A DNA stretch of 64,000 bases from an uncultured virus (IMG/VR IMGVR_UViG_3300031993_000026) (lineage: Duplodnaviria; Heunggongvirae; Uroviricota; Caudoviricetes). The notes under the pieces are model-generated. The model made no database searches. It worked only from the letters and a program-made list of their open reading frames with translations, and had not been told where the DNA came from. The stretch is from IMG/VR virus record IMGVR_UViG_3300031993_000026, positions 62,001 through 126,000 of that record. One strand, written 5' to 3'. The translations under genes and the position numbers were made by a program. Positions within the stretch are counted from its first letter, which is position 1. Every line of letters begins with the position of its first letter. Below are positions 1 to 9,265 of the stretch, piece after piece.

Positions 1-2
1 AG

Positions 3-506
3 GCGAAACTGATATGCGGTCACATACACTTGCATCAGGAGACTTCGAGGGGCGTGCTTTTCGTAGGCACTCCGTACCAGTTGAACTTCGGGGACTGTGG
101 CAACGACAGGGGGATACTCGTTATTGACGGCAAGGATATGAAGTTCATAGAGAACACCGTTTCACCGAAGTTCATCCGCGTCAAGTATTCGGAACTCTCG
201 GAGAGGGAGAAGGACTTTGCTGGCAACTTCGTTCAGGTGTTCGTCACCAACGACGAGGCAATATCGGGCGGTGCGGAGCATACGGTCGCTAAACTCTCGG
301 AGAGTGCTGGTGCAAGGGACATAAGGATGACACCAGCCGATGAGGTCGGGGAGCAGGAGGTCAGCCTTGAGGTCGGCATAGGGGAGAGCGGGCTTGAACT
401 CGAACGCATAGTCGAGGAGTACATCGGAAGCCTCAACTATGACGACACCACGAAGGCGAATGTCCTTAAACTTTCCAAGCATTTCCTTTCTTCCGTAGCC
501 AAGTAG
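3..506 (+). CDS. Recombination endonuclease subunit, T4 gp47/Mre11/SbcD-like (C-terminal part; starts before window)
   Basis: Frame is open from base 3 (AKLICGHIHLHQ): GHxH motif followed by VGTPYQLNFGD..RG and FIENxxSPKF, typical of gp47-like nucleases. Confidence 0.8.
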   Translation, partial: AKLICGHIHLHQETSRGVLFVGTPYQLNFGDCGNDRGILVIDGKDMKFIENTVSPKFIRVKYSELSEREKDFAGNFVQVFVTNDEAISGGAEHTVAKLSESAGARDIRMTPADEVGEQEVSLEVGIGESGLELERIVEEYIGSLNYDDTTKANVLKLSKHFLSSVAK

Positions 507-515
507 GTGTTCAAA

Positions 516-535
516 TATAAATAAGTTATATATAA
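516..535 (+). promoter_or_regulatory. T4-type late promoter TATAAATA, extended form TATAAATAAGTTATATA
   Basis: Exact T4 late consensus in an intergenic position; same extended sequence at 26299, 28891 and 40636. Confidence 0.7.
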
Positions 536-555
536 CTCTTTAAATTTTTCCACCA

Positions 556-948
556 ATGGTAGATGCAGGCAAATACAAGGGTATGCTTGACGCTCTCCGA
601 GATGCGGGCGACAGGCTCATTTCGGAAAACCAGTCGCTTATGGAGTGCGGCTGGCAGGAGTTCTCGATAGGGGACAGGGTTTACTTCGGGAGAAGCACGG
701 ACAACGGCTATTCGCTCGACAGGGGTACTGTCGTGAGCATTGCCCGACACGAGACGAGGATGTGGCAGAACCCCAACCGAAGGAACAGGGATGAGAACGC
801 ATACGACATACGCAGGTACAACATACTTACGGTGGAAACCGCCAACGGCAAGTTTGAGATAGACAGCACTTATGTCTATAAGGACAAGACCGAAGCGGTG
901 CTCGTGCTTATGAACAATATCCTCCACAACCACTCGGAGATAAAGTGA
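556..948 (+). CDS. Hypothetical phage protein
   Basis: ORF directly after late promoter, tightly packed with next gene. Confidence 0.7.
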   Translation: MVDAGKYKGMLDALRDAGDRLISENQSLMECGWQEFSIGDRVYFGRSTDNGYSLDRGTVVSIARHETRMWQNPNRRNRDENAYDIRRYNILTVETANGKFEIDSTYVYKDKTEAVLVLMNNILHNHSEIK

Positions 949-1442
949 TGGACGCACCCGACGCATACGGCATCATTGTCGGCTCTCCCGCTGTCAGCGA
1001 GAAGTGGGGGAGGCACATTACATTCAGGCTTATGGAGGATGGCGGAAGGGGCGTGAAGTTTCTTCCCGACGCTGGGGGGCAAGGCGTGAACTATATACAC
1101 TTCTATGTACCGAAGGGCGGGTGTATTTCCGAAAGCGAACTCGGCAGGCTCTTGCAAAGCGTGGCTGGATATGTGCCTTCTGGCGGAATTGTCACTTCGC
1201 GTGGCGGGTGTACGCCCGGTGGACTTTGCGCCATAAAGCGTCTTGTGAAGTACGGCTTCGAGAAAATCGGGGAATACACTGGGTACGACCTCGACTGGTC
1301 TGAACCCCTCATCGACAGGGCTAAATATATTCGTTTCGTGAACAATCCGAAACATTACGGAGACTACCACCTGCTTGACGAGCGTGAGCAACGCCAGATG
1401 AAGAACACAGTTCCGATAATATGGATTTTGAGGAAGATATGA
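945..1442 (+). CDS. Hypothetical protein
   Basis: Overlapping start/stop with upstream gene; followed by terminator. Confidence 0.7.
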   Translation: MMDAPDAYGIIVGSPAVSEKWGRHITFRLMEDGGRGVKFLPDAGGQGVNYIHFYVPKGGCISESELGRLLQSVAGYVPSGGIVTSRGGCTPGGLCAIKRLVKYGFEKIGEYTGYDLDWSEPLIDRAKYIRFVNNPKHYGDYHLLDEREQRQMKNTVPIIWILRKI

Positions 1443-1446
1443 TATG

Positions 1447-1474
1447 AAAGGCACTCGCTTGAGTGCCTTTTTTT
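1447..1474 (+). terminator. Rho-independent terminator
   Basis: AAAGGCACTC-GCTT-GAGTGCCTTT hairpin plus T-run. Confidence 0.85.
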
Positions 1475-1552
1475 GTATGCGGTGCTTTGCTGTCCGCCGA
1501 AATGCCCGTTCGACGAGGCGTATAAATAATCCGAAACCAAAACATATAAGTT

Positions 1553-2287
1553 ATGTCTGAAAAGAAGGGCAACATATTGTTCGTGTGCTGCGCCGATGAT
1601 ACGGCTCGCGAGAACTATATTGCGGAGAACTGCTCCGATATGGTGGCAGTCCCGTTCACCGACGGTGACTATCACCTGTGCTCCAACATACTTGTTATGA
1701 ACCCAGAGTACAAGCGGACATTCAAGGATGTCCTCCGCAGTCCGAGCGATATGGTCGTAAGCACCCCGATTATAGATGTCAACATACTCGACGGGCTTTT
1801 CCTGAAGAGGGTTCTCAAAGGCTCTCACAGGTGCAGTGCGGTGGTCATATTCCCGCAGTCCGACATACCTTCGGATGTGCTGTCGAAGTACCGCCCGCCT
1901 TTCGTCGGGAACGAATTTGCGGAAATCAGGTATGTGTGCCAGCAGGCGGGCGACGGGTATGACTTCTGCAACGCCAAGTACGAGAGGGCTGTCGGACTTA
2001 TCGGGGAGTACAATGACGACGATATGCTTCGGCTGGTCAACGACTGCGTGTTTCGGGTGGCTTCCGTTCGGAACGCTGGGGCTGCTGCGTATTCCGTAGC
2101 CCCGTATCTCGTCAATACCCGCTCGGCTTGTATGAAGGATGTGATATTCGCGCAGGGCATCGTCTATTCGCTTCGGCTTTCGAGGTCGAGGGACAGCGAG
2201 ATTGCGTTGCAGAGGATAAGGGACAGCATAGGGGTTCGGGCTTACAACGCCTTCGCCCTGCTCAAAATAATTTACTCGGAACTCTGA
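1553..2287 (+). CDS. Hypothetical protein, possibly a degenerate AAA_33/polynucleotide-kinase-like fold lacking Walker A
   Basis: N-terminal beta strand (NILFVCC) without GxxGxGKS; later AVVIFP and RPPFVGNEFAEIRYV recall the PPxxxEGFDEI end of AAA_33 kinases; TATAAATA at 1521. Confidence 0.35.
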   Translation: MSEKKGNILFVCCADDTARENYIAENCSDMVAVPFTDGDYHLCSNILVMNPEYKRTFKDVLRSPSDMVVSTPIIDVNILDGLFLKRVLKGSHRCSAVVIFPQSDIPSDVLSKYRPPFVGNEFAEIRYVCQQAGDGYDFCNAKYERAVGLIGEYNDDDMLRLVNDCVFRVASVRNAGAAAYSVAPYLVNTRSACMKDVIFAQGIVYSLRLSRSRDSEIALQRIRDSIGVRAYNAFALLKIIYSEL

Positions 2288-2314
2288 AAATGTTTTTATT
2301 TTCCTATATATTAG
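2283..2314 (+). promoter_or_regulatory. Repeated promoter-like motif TCTGAAA-N14-CTATATATTA (copy 1)
   Basis: Fixed 21-nt offset between boxes, upstream of a gene start; 8 copies in window. Confidence 0.7.
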
Positions 2315-2347
2315 CAATAGATAGGAAAGAAAGGATTGGAGACAGGT

Positions 2348-3316
2348 ATGAATATATTTGTAACATCGGACTTGTGGTTCTACCGCCACAACATAATAGG
2401 CATATTCAAGCGTCCGTTCGAGGACATCGCCCATATGAACGAGGCACTCGTGGAGAGGTGGAACTGCGTGGTCGGGGAGGACGACATAGTGTTCGTCCTC
2501 GGAGGCTTCAACTACGACAGCACGAAGTACGAGAGCCTGCTCAACTGCCTGCGCGGAAGGATAGTGCTCGTCCCTACGGCTACGGACACCCTCGTCGCCC
2601 AGCAGAATATGAACTTTATGCGCTTCACATACTCCGACATATTGTCGCCCCTGCTCAACCGCTTTGACGATGTTCCGTCAGGCGACACGCTGAAGGCACT
2701 CGAAGGTATGTGCATAAGGTTCGCCATAGAGGAGAGTTCAAAGAAACGCAAGATTTCGAGGGAGTCGCTCTCGAACCAGTTGTACGGTATGGTGCTTCGG
2801 CAGATGATTGGCTCGGACGAGGTGAACATAGAACTTGCGGATATGCTCGTCGAACTCTGTAGCGCGATAGTGTACGGGGAGGGTAATGTGAAGTCCCTCG
2901 TGGATATGCTCTCGGACAGGGTGAAGGACAAGTTTGCGGGACGCTCGGTGGGCGATACCGACATAACGCAGAAGGTTCTCGACAGGGTGAATGTGGAAAG
3001 CCCAGTCAAATACTGGGACAGGCTCGTTTCGAGCGAGGACTCGTTCACGATGAGCGAGAAGAACATAATAGAGATACCGACGGAGGGTGTCGTGTTGAGC
3101 GCATACCCCCTGCTCGACTGGAACGGGAAGGCTCACGGCACTCTGAACATACACGGTGGCACGGTGAAGTCGAACCTGTACGAAGGGCGTTTCAATGTCC
3201 GCACCGACCTGTGCGACTTCTCGCCAGTGTCGTTGCAGTCGGTAATAGACCTCAACTTGATAGTGAAAGGATACTCGGATGATAAGGAAACTGATAAGGG
3301 AAATAAAGACGCATAG
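2348..3316 (+). CDS. Calcineurin-like metallophosphoesterase homologue with degenerate metal ligands and a large insertion
   Basis: IFVTSDLWFYRHNII..RPFEDIAHMNEALVERWN.VV...D.V.VLGG and LSAYPLLDWNGKAHGTLNIHGG match the phage phosphoesterase pattern, but DxH, GD, GNHD and HGHxH are altered. Confidence 0.7.
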   Translation: MNIFVTSDLWFYRHNIIGIFKRPFEDIAHMNEALVERWNCVVGEDDIVFVLGGFNYDSTKYESLLNCLRGRIVLVPTATDTLVAQQNMNFMRFTYSDILSPLLNRFDDVPSGDTLKALEGMCIRFAIEESSKKRKISRESLSNQLYGMVLRQMIGSDEVNIELADMLVELCSAIVYGEGNVKSLVDMLSDRVKDKFAGRSVGDTDITQKVLDRVNVESPVKYWDRLVSSEDSFTMSEKNIIEIPTEGVVLSAYPLLDWNGKAHGTLNIHGGTVKSNLYEGRFNVRTDLCDFSPVSLQSVIDLNLIVKGYSDDKETDKGNKDA

Positions 3317-3719
3317 GGTTGTGCGCAAGATTTTCAAGGACAAGGACAACCTTGCCCGCCTTCACGAACTCGGTTTCGACATAGACTGGGTTGGAAGGAT
3401 ATACGGGGTGATAGCGGTGGACACGGAGATACTCTACCTCCCAGAGAGGAACTGGCAGGAGCAGTATGACAAGATGGCTGCCGTTGACACATACATAAAG
3501 GATAAACTCGTAAGGCTCGTGAAGTTCTTCAACGAACTCCAGATTTCAAACCTGCTCATATATCCAGAGCAGTACGAGCAGTTCGACGGGACTAACGACT
3601 TCCTCGTGGTGCTTGAGCCAGAGCACAGTTTCTACTCACCGAAGAGGCTCGTCGTGTTCCTGTGCATACTCGGAGGTCTTGTACTCGGTGCGGGCATAAC
3701 TGCGCTTATACTGGTTTAG
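3279..3719 (+). CDS. Hypothetical protein with C-terminal transmembrane helix
   Basis: Hydrophobic tail LVVFLCILGGLVLGAGITALILV. Confidence 0.7.
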   Translation: MIRKLIREIKTHRVVRKIFKDKDNLARLHELGFDIDWVGRIYGVIAVDTEILYLPERNWQEQYDKMAAVDTYIKDKLVRLVKFFNELQISNLLIYPEQYEQFDGTNDFLVVLEPEHSFYSPKRLVVFLCILGGLVLGAGITALILV

Positions 3720-3722
3720 GCT

Positions 3723-3947
3723 ATGGAGAAGGTAAGCGTAAGGTTCATATCGGATGTCATCGACGGGGACGAGGTGGTGTTCTCCGCAGGCGACACTGCT
3801 GTTATGCTCGGCGTTATGCTTGACGCTCGCGGCGTGCCGTGCGGTGCTACGGTTGACGGCAACGGGGAGGTGAGGCTCGTGCCGACAGGCATATTCAGGG
3901 TGCTTGGGTGCGGTAAGCCGAATGTTGTGAATATGATTAACGGATAG
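3723..3947 (+). CDS. Small hypothetical protein
   Basis: Operon packing. Confidence 0.6.
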   Translation: MEKVSVRFISDVIDGDEVVFSAGDTAVMLGVMLDARGVPCGATVDGNGEVRLVPTGIFRVLGCGKPNVVNMING

Positions 3948-3953
3948 TCGGAA

Positions 3954-4715
3954 ATGTCGGAATACAGGCTGTATAACGGGGACTGCCTCGAAGTGATGGG
4001 TGGCTTGCCAGACAGGTCGGTTGACTGCGTGGTGTGCGACCTCCCGTATTTCGGGGTGGTGGAGTTCGACTTCGACAACCAGTGGGCTTCGCTGGACGAA
4101 TATCTCGGCTGGGTGGAAATGTTGGTAGCCGAGTACGCTCGGCTCGCGAAGGACAACGCCAATGTGTTCCTCTTTACATCACGGCAGTACAACAGGCATA
4201 TCTGCGCCCTGCTCGACAGGTACTTCGACGAGAGGCGCATAATAGTCTGGTGCAGGAAGCGGGGCTTCAACACCACGAGGGGGCACGCCCTTGCAAGCGG
4301 GTACGAGCCGATATGCTACTATTCGAGGGGCGAAGCCGTGTTCAACAACCTGAAGATAAAGCCCGACACCAAGAGGAAGGAGTACACCGAAGGTATGCTT
4401 CGAGACGGGATATGCCTCTCGGATGTCTGGTCTGACATTCCAGCCCTGCCCCACAACTCGAAGGAAAGGACATCTCACCCGACACAGAAGCCGATTGCCC
4501 TTATGGAGAGGATAGTGCTTCTCGGAAGCAACGAGGGTGATACGGTGCTCGACAACTGTATGGGAAGCGGAAGCACGGGCGTAGCCTGCGTGAACACTGG
4601 TCGGAATTTCATCGGCATAGAGGTTGACAGGCACTACTTCGGGGTTGCCGAGCAGAGGATAAGGGAGAGCGAGAGGAAATGCACCGAAGAGCAGAACAGG
4701 AGGAAACTATGGTAG
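3954..4715 (+). CDS. Orphan site-specific DNA methyltransferase (N6-A/N4-C, beta class)
   Basis: GDCLEVM, motif IV DLPY, HPTQKP, motif I VLDNCMGSGSTG, RNFIGIE. Confidence 0.9.
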   Translation: MSEYRLYNGDCLEVMGGLPDRSVDCVVCDLPYFGVVEFDFDNQWASLDEYLGWVEMLVAEYARLAKDNANVFLFTSRQYNRHICALLDRYFDERRIIVWCRKRGFNTTRGHALASGYEPICYYSRGEAVFNNLKIKPDTKRKEYTEGMLRDGICLSDVWSDIPALPHNSKERTSHPTQKPIALMERIVLLGSNEGDTVLDNCMGSGSTGVACVNTGRNFIGIEVDRHYFGVAEQRIRESERKCTEEQNRRKLW

Positions 4716-4855
4716 GGAATGTGGTCGAAGCGGAATATGACGGCGTTGATGTTATCGATGTGAAGTATGACGGGGAGAATGACCGTGTGGATATGTTCGT
4801 ATTTCCCCGCGTGGAGAGCCTGACAATCGAGGCTGTAATTAAGAGAGAGGAATAG
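4709..4855 (+). CDS. Small hypothetical protein (48 aa, not in ORF track)
   Basis: ATG..TAG open frame MVGNVVEAEYDG... filling the gap between neighbours. Confidence 0.55.
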   Translation: MVGNVVEAEYDGVDVIDVKYDGENDRVDMFVFPRVESLTIEAVIKREE

Positions 4856-4857
4856 TT

Positions 4858-5301
4858 ATGGGAACGAAGGGAATACTCGGACAGGTGCAGTTGAACGACC
4901 TTGTGGTCGTTGCCGACGCTGGCGTGGTGAGGGTTGATGCCGTGCATAGGAGGAAACTCGGCTACCACAGGCGGGAGACCGTTATGGCTTGGGCTTGGGC
5001 TGACACCGTTTCGGCACTGCCGATAGACGAGAAGTTTATGGACGCTAACTTCTGGGAGAGGATTTCGGAGAGCGTCTATTCGGATGGGAACGACGGGGCG
5101 GAAGTCCTTGCGATGTGGTGGAGCGAACTCTGCGGGTGCGAGTTCCAACTCCTGTCTGGCGGGAAGTTGAGGATATTCGACCACTGCGGTACGCCAGCCT
5201 ATGAGTGTTCGGAAGTCCATAGGCTACAGAACTGGCTTCGGGACAGGGGGGTTGTCAAGTTCGCCAACTCTATGGTAGCGGAGAAACAGAATGCGTTGTA
5301 G
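4858..5301 (+). CDS. Hypothetical protein
   Basis: Operon packing. Confidence 0.65.
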   Translation: MGTKGILGQVQLNDLVVVADAGVVRVDAVHRRKLGYHRRETVMAWAWADTVSALPIDEKFMDANFWERISESVYSDGNDGAEVLAMWWSELCGCEFQLLSGGKLRIFDHCGTPAYECSEVHRLQNWLRDRGVVKFANSMVAEKQNAL

Positions 5302-5325
5302 ATAGCCTATATATTGCGTACTGAT

Positions 5326-5358
5326 AAAAAGAAAACGGCTGGTCTTGTGCCAGCCGTT
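5326..5358 (-). terminator. Terminator between convergent genes
   Basis: AACGGCTGG-TCTTGTG-CCAGCCGTT hairpin with A-run upstream on + strand. Confidence 0.7.
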
Positions 5359-5371
5359 CGTGTATCTTGTC

Positions 5372-5821
5372 CTATCGGATTTCCCTTACTGTTCCGTTCT
5401 TCACGGAGTATGTCCCGACTGGCGTGAGTTCACGGCTTCTTAACACTCCTGTGTCGGTCTTGTACTTCCGTCCGTCCGAGAGTTCAAGGCAGTATGCGTA
5501 CCAGCGTCCCTCGTATGTCCCGTCGGGGAGTTCGGATATGTGGTGTCCGAGACCGTTCCCGGACTCTGCCACTTCGGTTGCATCCCCGTTCCTCACCTCA
5601 TAGTTCTTGAAACTTGACCACCGCCTGCTCTGGCGTATGCCGTACGGCAGTGAGAACTTCCGTCCGTCCGCGAGTTCAAACACCCAGTCGTATATGATTG
5701 CCCTGTATGTCCCGTCCTGAAGTTCCGAGAGGGGCGGGTATTCGCTTTCCTCCGTGAAGCCGTCGCAGTCCGCTGGCTTCGCTCCCCTCTTCCACATTGC
5801 GAGTTCCGATATTCCTTTCAT
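5372..5821 (-). CDS. Hypothetical protein with internal two-fold repeat
   Basis: SELQDGTY..FELADGRKF repeated as SELPDGTY..LELSDGRKY. Confidence 0.7.
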   Translation of the reverse strand: MKGISELAMWKRGAKPADCDGFTEESEYPPLSELQDGTYRAIIYDWVFELADGRKFSLPYGIRQSRRWSSFKNYEVRNGDATEVAESGNGLGHHISELPDGTYEGRWYAYCLELSDGRKYKTDTGVLRSRELTPVGTYSVKNGTVREIR

Positions 5822-5827
5822 AGTGCC

Positions 5828-6370
5828 TTATGATTTGCGTACAAATTCGTATCCGTTTTCCTTGTCCAGCCCTCCTTCGAGGAATGTGCTCCTGACAAAC
5901 CCCACATAGTGCTTGTATATGCACCGCCTCGTGAACTGGGACTTTATTCCGTTGAAGTCCCTGACGAAATCGGAGAAGTCGCAGTCGTCCGTGTAGCGTA
6001 TCGAGAAGCAACTCGTATCAAGGGGGTAGAACGGGCTTTCCGTGTCGAGCCAGCCCTCCGCGATGACCTTGAGGTTGTACGGTCTGGAACACATCCTGAC
6101 CACTTCCTCGTCCGTTGCGTCCAGAGTTATGAACCTGCCGTCCACGAAAAGTTGGTAGTCCTTGTGCTCGTTGAGGTCGAATACGGCTTCCTTCGTGAGT
6201 TGTATCCTCCGTATCGTGCCGATGTTGTCATCTGGCTCGGACTCCCGCACGAAGATTGTCGTGTCGTCGGAGAGCATATAGTTGCCTCGATTACCGAACC
6301 TCATCGAGTCCTCGTTCCATCTGGTATATGCCTCGTTCAGCATTTCATTGTATCTTTTGATGTGTACCAT
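5828..6370 (-). CDS. Leader-bearing putative internal head protein (MVHIKRYNEMLNE...)
   Basis: Shared N-terminal leader family. Confidence 0.7.
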   Translation of the reverse strand: MVHIKRYNEMLNEAYTRWNEDSMRFGNRGNYMLSDDTTIFVRESEPDDNIGTIRRIQLTKEAVFDLNEHKDYQLFVDGRFITLDATDEEVVRMCSRPYNLKVIAEGWLDTESPFYPLDTSCFSIRYTDDCDFSDFVRDFNGIKSQFTRRCIYKHYVGFVRSTFLEGGLDKENGYEFVRKS

Positions 6371-6397
6371 AGTGCTATAAATTGTCAATATATTATA

Positions 6398-6895
6398 TTA
6401 GAGGGCACAGGACAACTTGCGTACCACTTCCGCCCCGAATATCTTTCCTATCGTTATGAACATCATATCGTCCATAATGCGTCTTGGTTCGCTGTCATTC
6501 GGAAAGTTCCACCCGCCATTACAGAAAGCCTCCACGAAACTCCTGTAATAGACCTCGAACTGCCTCATATCGTCGGAGAACTGCGAGAGGTAGCGGGCAA
6601 TCTCATATCTTGCTTCCGTGTGGTAGTTTTCCGATGTCATATTGGCGAGCCATACGAGCAGGTCTTCATTGATGCTAATCCTTACTTTCCGATGCAGGGA
6701 TTTCCCTACATTTTCAAGCCCGCCAGTTGCGTCCTTCGTACCGCCGTGATAGTTGGCGAGCCTGCGCTCGATGTTTTCCTTGTACCTGTTCCAAGAACTG
6801 TCCCCGCGCTCGATTGCTATTTCGGGGTATTCTTGGCTGAAATAACCAGCAAGGTCGGTGCGTTCGCTTTCGTCAATCCTCCTGATGTGTATCAT
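6398..6895 (-). CDS. Leader-bearing putative internal head protein (MIHIRRIDES...)
   Basis: Shared leader; TATAAATA on minus strand at 6921-6928. Confidence 0.7.
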   Translation of the reverse strand: MIHIRRIDESERTDLAGYFSQEYPEIAIERGDSSWNRYKENIERRLANYHGGTKDATGGLENVGKSLHRKVRISINEDLLVWLANMTSENYHTEARYEIARYLSQFSDDMRQFEVYYRSFVEAFCNGGWNFPNDSEPRRIMDDMMFITIGKIFGAEVVRKLSCAL

Positions 6896-6930
6896 AATGT
6901 CCTGTGTTCCTATTATGAATTATTTATATC

Positions 6931-7197
6931 TTATAATGTCGCGGGGTCTGGAAGCCCCTTGAGCGCATTGTGTATCTCCGAATATATGTAGTGGTATCTT
7001 CGGAAGCCTCTGTCCTCGCTTCCCTGATACAATATGTAGCAGTGGTCGTCAACGACTATATGGGCTATCCCTCCCGCGTTGTCTCGGAGCGATACTACGG
7101 AAGTCCATTCGATGCCGTCCGCGTCGGTGAACCTTATCCCGCGACCGTATTCCTTGTAACCGCCGTCTGTGTATTCCTTGTATTTCTTTATTTTCAT
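6931..7197 (-). CDS. Small protein with leader-like start MKIKKYKEY
   Basis: TATAAATA on minus strand at 7228-7235. Confidence 0.6.
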   Translation of the reverse strand: MKIKKYKEYTDGGYKEYGRGIRFTDADGIEWTSVVSLRDNAGGIAHIVVDDHCYILYQGSEDRGFRRYHYIYSEIHNALKGLPDPATL

Positions 7198-7219
7198 ACA
7201 GTTACAGATTGTCAATATG

Positions 7220-7594
7220 TTATGAATTATTTATATCCTTGCTCATCTCTGGCGAAAACCTCTCCGCGAGGAACTTCCTCGACTCTTCTGTCAGGAACGA
7301 CAGCAGGTATGCGAACGGCTCGTCGTTGTCGGTGTCGTGCTTCGCCCCTATGCAGTTCCAGATGTTGTTCGCCCCGTGGTAGCACTCGTGCATTATAGTG
7401 CCGAACTCGAAGTCGCTGTTGTAGTGTATGAGCAACTTGTGGTCGCAATAGACCGTAAGCCCGTCGCTTGACGAGTATTCCTCTATCGTCTTCTTCCAGT
7501 CTCCGTCGTGGAATATGCTCTCATATTCCTCTTCCGTTGTGCAGTATCCGAGCCAGATGCTCACGGGGTACAGCGTGTCAATCTTCTTAATCAT
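7220..7594 (-). CDS. Small HExxH-motif (zincin-like) phage protein
   Basis: IMHECYH ... DEPFAYLL; late promoter at 7626-7633 (-). Confidence 0.65.
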   Translation of the reverse strand: MIKKIDTLYPVSIWLGYCTTEEEYESIFHDGDWKKTIEEYSSSDGLTVYCDHKLLIHYNSDFEFGTIMHECYHGANNIWNCIGAKHDTDNDEPFAYLLSFLTEESRKFLAERFSPEMSKDINNS

Positions 7595-7639
7595 CGCCTT
7601 TCGGTTTTAGGGTTGGTGTACGGGTTATTTATAGGGGTG

Positions 7640-8473
7640 CTACAGTTTAATCATATCACCGAACATCCTGTCAATTCTGGGATTAGTCCATTTTATAAAA
7701 CCTGTCGCTGGGGTGAATGTAAGTTCGCCGAGATATACCGTTCCGTCAACCTCATAGAAGTCCACCCTGACAAAGTGGAAATCCCGCGAGAGTATGCTGG
7801 CGTATTCTTTCATCTGTTCAAAATGCTCTGGCTTCCTGTCGAGTTTGTTCGGGTTGTTCGGGTGGTCTAACCTTGATATGTTTTTTATACGCCAGTTCAT
7901 ATCATACCAGTTTATTGAATATGGGGTGTTGCCGTTGCTCCCTATGTTTGCGTTCACGGTACAATAGGTCGGTGTCCCGTCAAAGCACCAGAACTTGTAG
8001 TCTATCGGGTTGCCGATGTGTGTTTCGGAGAAACAACGTCTTTGTATGTTCAGATAGTGTATCTCCACCGACTTGTCCCCGAACGGGGTATCCAGCCATT
8101 GCTGTAACTTTTGCTTGCAGTCATTCGGGTTTGCTTTGGCTTTATCGTTTACGACAATGTTCATATTCCACCCGTGATTGCATTTCAGCACGAACTTGTC
8201 GGGGAGTTCTGCTATGCCGACATTATCGGGGCTGTCATAAATTCTTATGATTGGTACACAGATGTCCTTGCCGAGTTTTTCCATTGAATATTCGTGTACT
8301 CGGATTTTGTCCGCGCACCTTGCACGCAGGTCTATGTCATCATTGAGTTGAAGCCACGCCATCTTTTCGCACCAAGTATGCGGGTTGTCTATGCTGAAGT
8401 TCTGAAATCCCCGCGCTGATGCTTTCTGTAATAGTTTTTGTTTTGTAATATTACTTTCCATATCCAAAATCAT
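7640..8473 (-). CDS. TupA-like ATP-grasp protein (polysaccharide amidation/ligation)
   Basis: NPHTWCEKMAWL, ADKIRV, LPDKFVLKCNHG, DYKFWCFDG, FVRVDFY..GELTFTPATG. Confidence 0.9.
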   Translation of the reverse strand: MILDMESNITKQKLLQKASARGFQNFSIDNPHTWCEKMAWLQLNDDIDLRARCADKIRVHEYSMEKLGKDICVPIIRIYDSPDNVGIAELPDKFVLKCNHGWNMNIVVNDKAKANPNDCKQKLQQWLDTPFGDKSVEIHYLNIQRRCFSETHIGNPIDYKFWCFDGTPTYCTVNANIGSNGNTPYSINWYDMNWRIKNISRLDHPNNPNKLDRKPEHFEQMKEYASILSRDFHFVRVDFYEVDGTVYLGELTFTPATGFIKWTNPRIDRMFGDMIKL

Positions 8474-9248
8474 TCTTTAAATCCAATGAAACGATAACAT
8501 CGGACAAGTGCAATGGTTTGTGTTCTTCTTCCAGTTTTATTGTTGTATAAGACTGCGGTTGCCTTGTCCATATAAAACGAGTGGTTTTGTCATCTTTGTC
8601 ATAGTCGAAGAAATCGGCATCAAGTTCGTGTAGTCCCCAATTCTTATATTCGGCTTCGATTATGTGTTTCCAATTAGGGTGGTTGCCATTATGTTTCTTT
8701 GCGACTTCGTGGACTATGAAAGGAAACTCGTTTGTGAAACTGATTTTTGTGGAATATATTATAGAAGCACAGCAGGTGAAGAAACCTGTTGTACCGATGT
8801 ATGACGGGCTGAACAAATGGGGTTCGTCTTCGCCTTTGATTAGAGTAGCACCGTTCAAAAAGCCGAACATCTTAAAGTTTACCGAACTGTTAATCGACTG
8901 CTTTATTATCTTTAAATTGTCCTTATGGAAAAAGTCGTCATAGTCCGATACCGTACTAATGATATAGTCATAGTTATTTAAGGATGATTTTATATCGGCG
9001 ATGATACCGTCATAGGTGAACACTTTAACTTTTATCGGAAACGATAAGGACTTTACATATTCTACATTTCGCGGATTTGTTATGATGGCACATTCGTAAT
9101 CATCATCTGTTTGATTTTTTAGCGTGCTTATAAAACCGTTCATAAGAACATTTGTAACATTCTTCTTGTAACCGTCATCAAATATTCTGCCGTTACCAAA
9201 GAAATCGAAAAGTAAAAATCGTGTTGATACCAAATGTCGTATTTTCAT
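8451..9248 (-). CDS. Putative glycosyltransferase-like protein (GT-A, DxDD)
   Basis: HLVSTRF, STLKNQTDDDY, IISTVSDYDDFFHKD; AT-rich. Confidence 0.55.
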   Translation of the reverse strand: MKIRHLVSTRFLLFDFFGNGRIFDDGYKKNVTNVLMNGFISTLKNQTDDDYECAIITNPRNVEYVKSLSFPIKVKVFTYDGIIADIKSSLNNYDYIISTVSDYDDFFHKDNLKIIKQSINSSVNFKMFGFLNGATLIKGEDEPHLFSPSYIGTTGFFTCCASIIYSTKISFTNEFPFIVHEVAKKHNGNHPNWKHIIEAEYKNWGLHELDADFFDYDKDDKTTRFIWTRQPQSYTTIKLEEEHKPLHLSDVIVSLDLKNDFGYGK

Positions 9249-9265
9249 ATTTGTATATGTATAAA

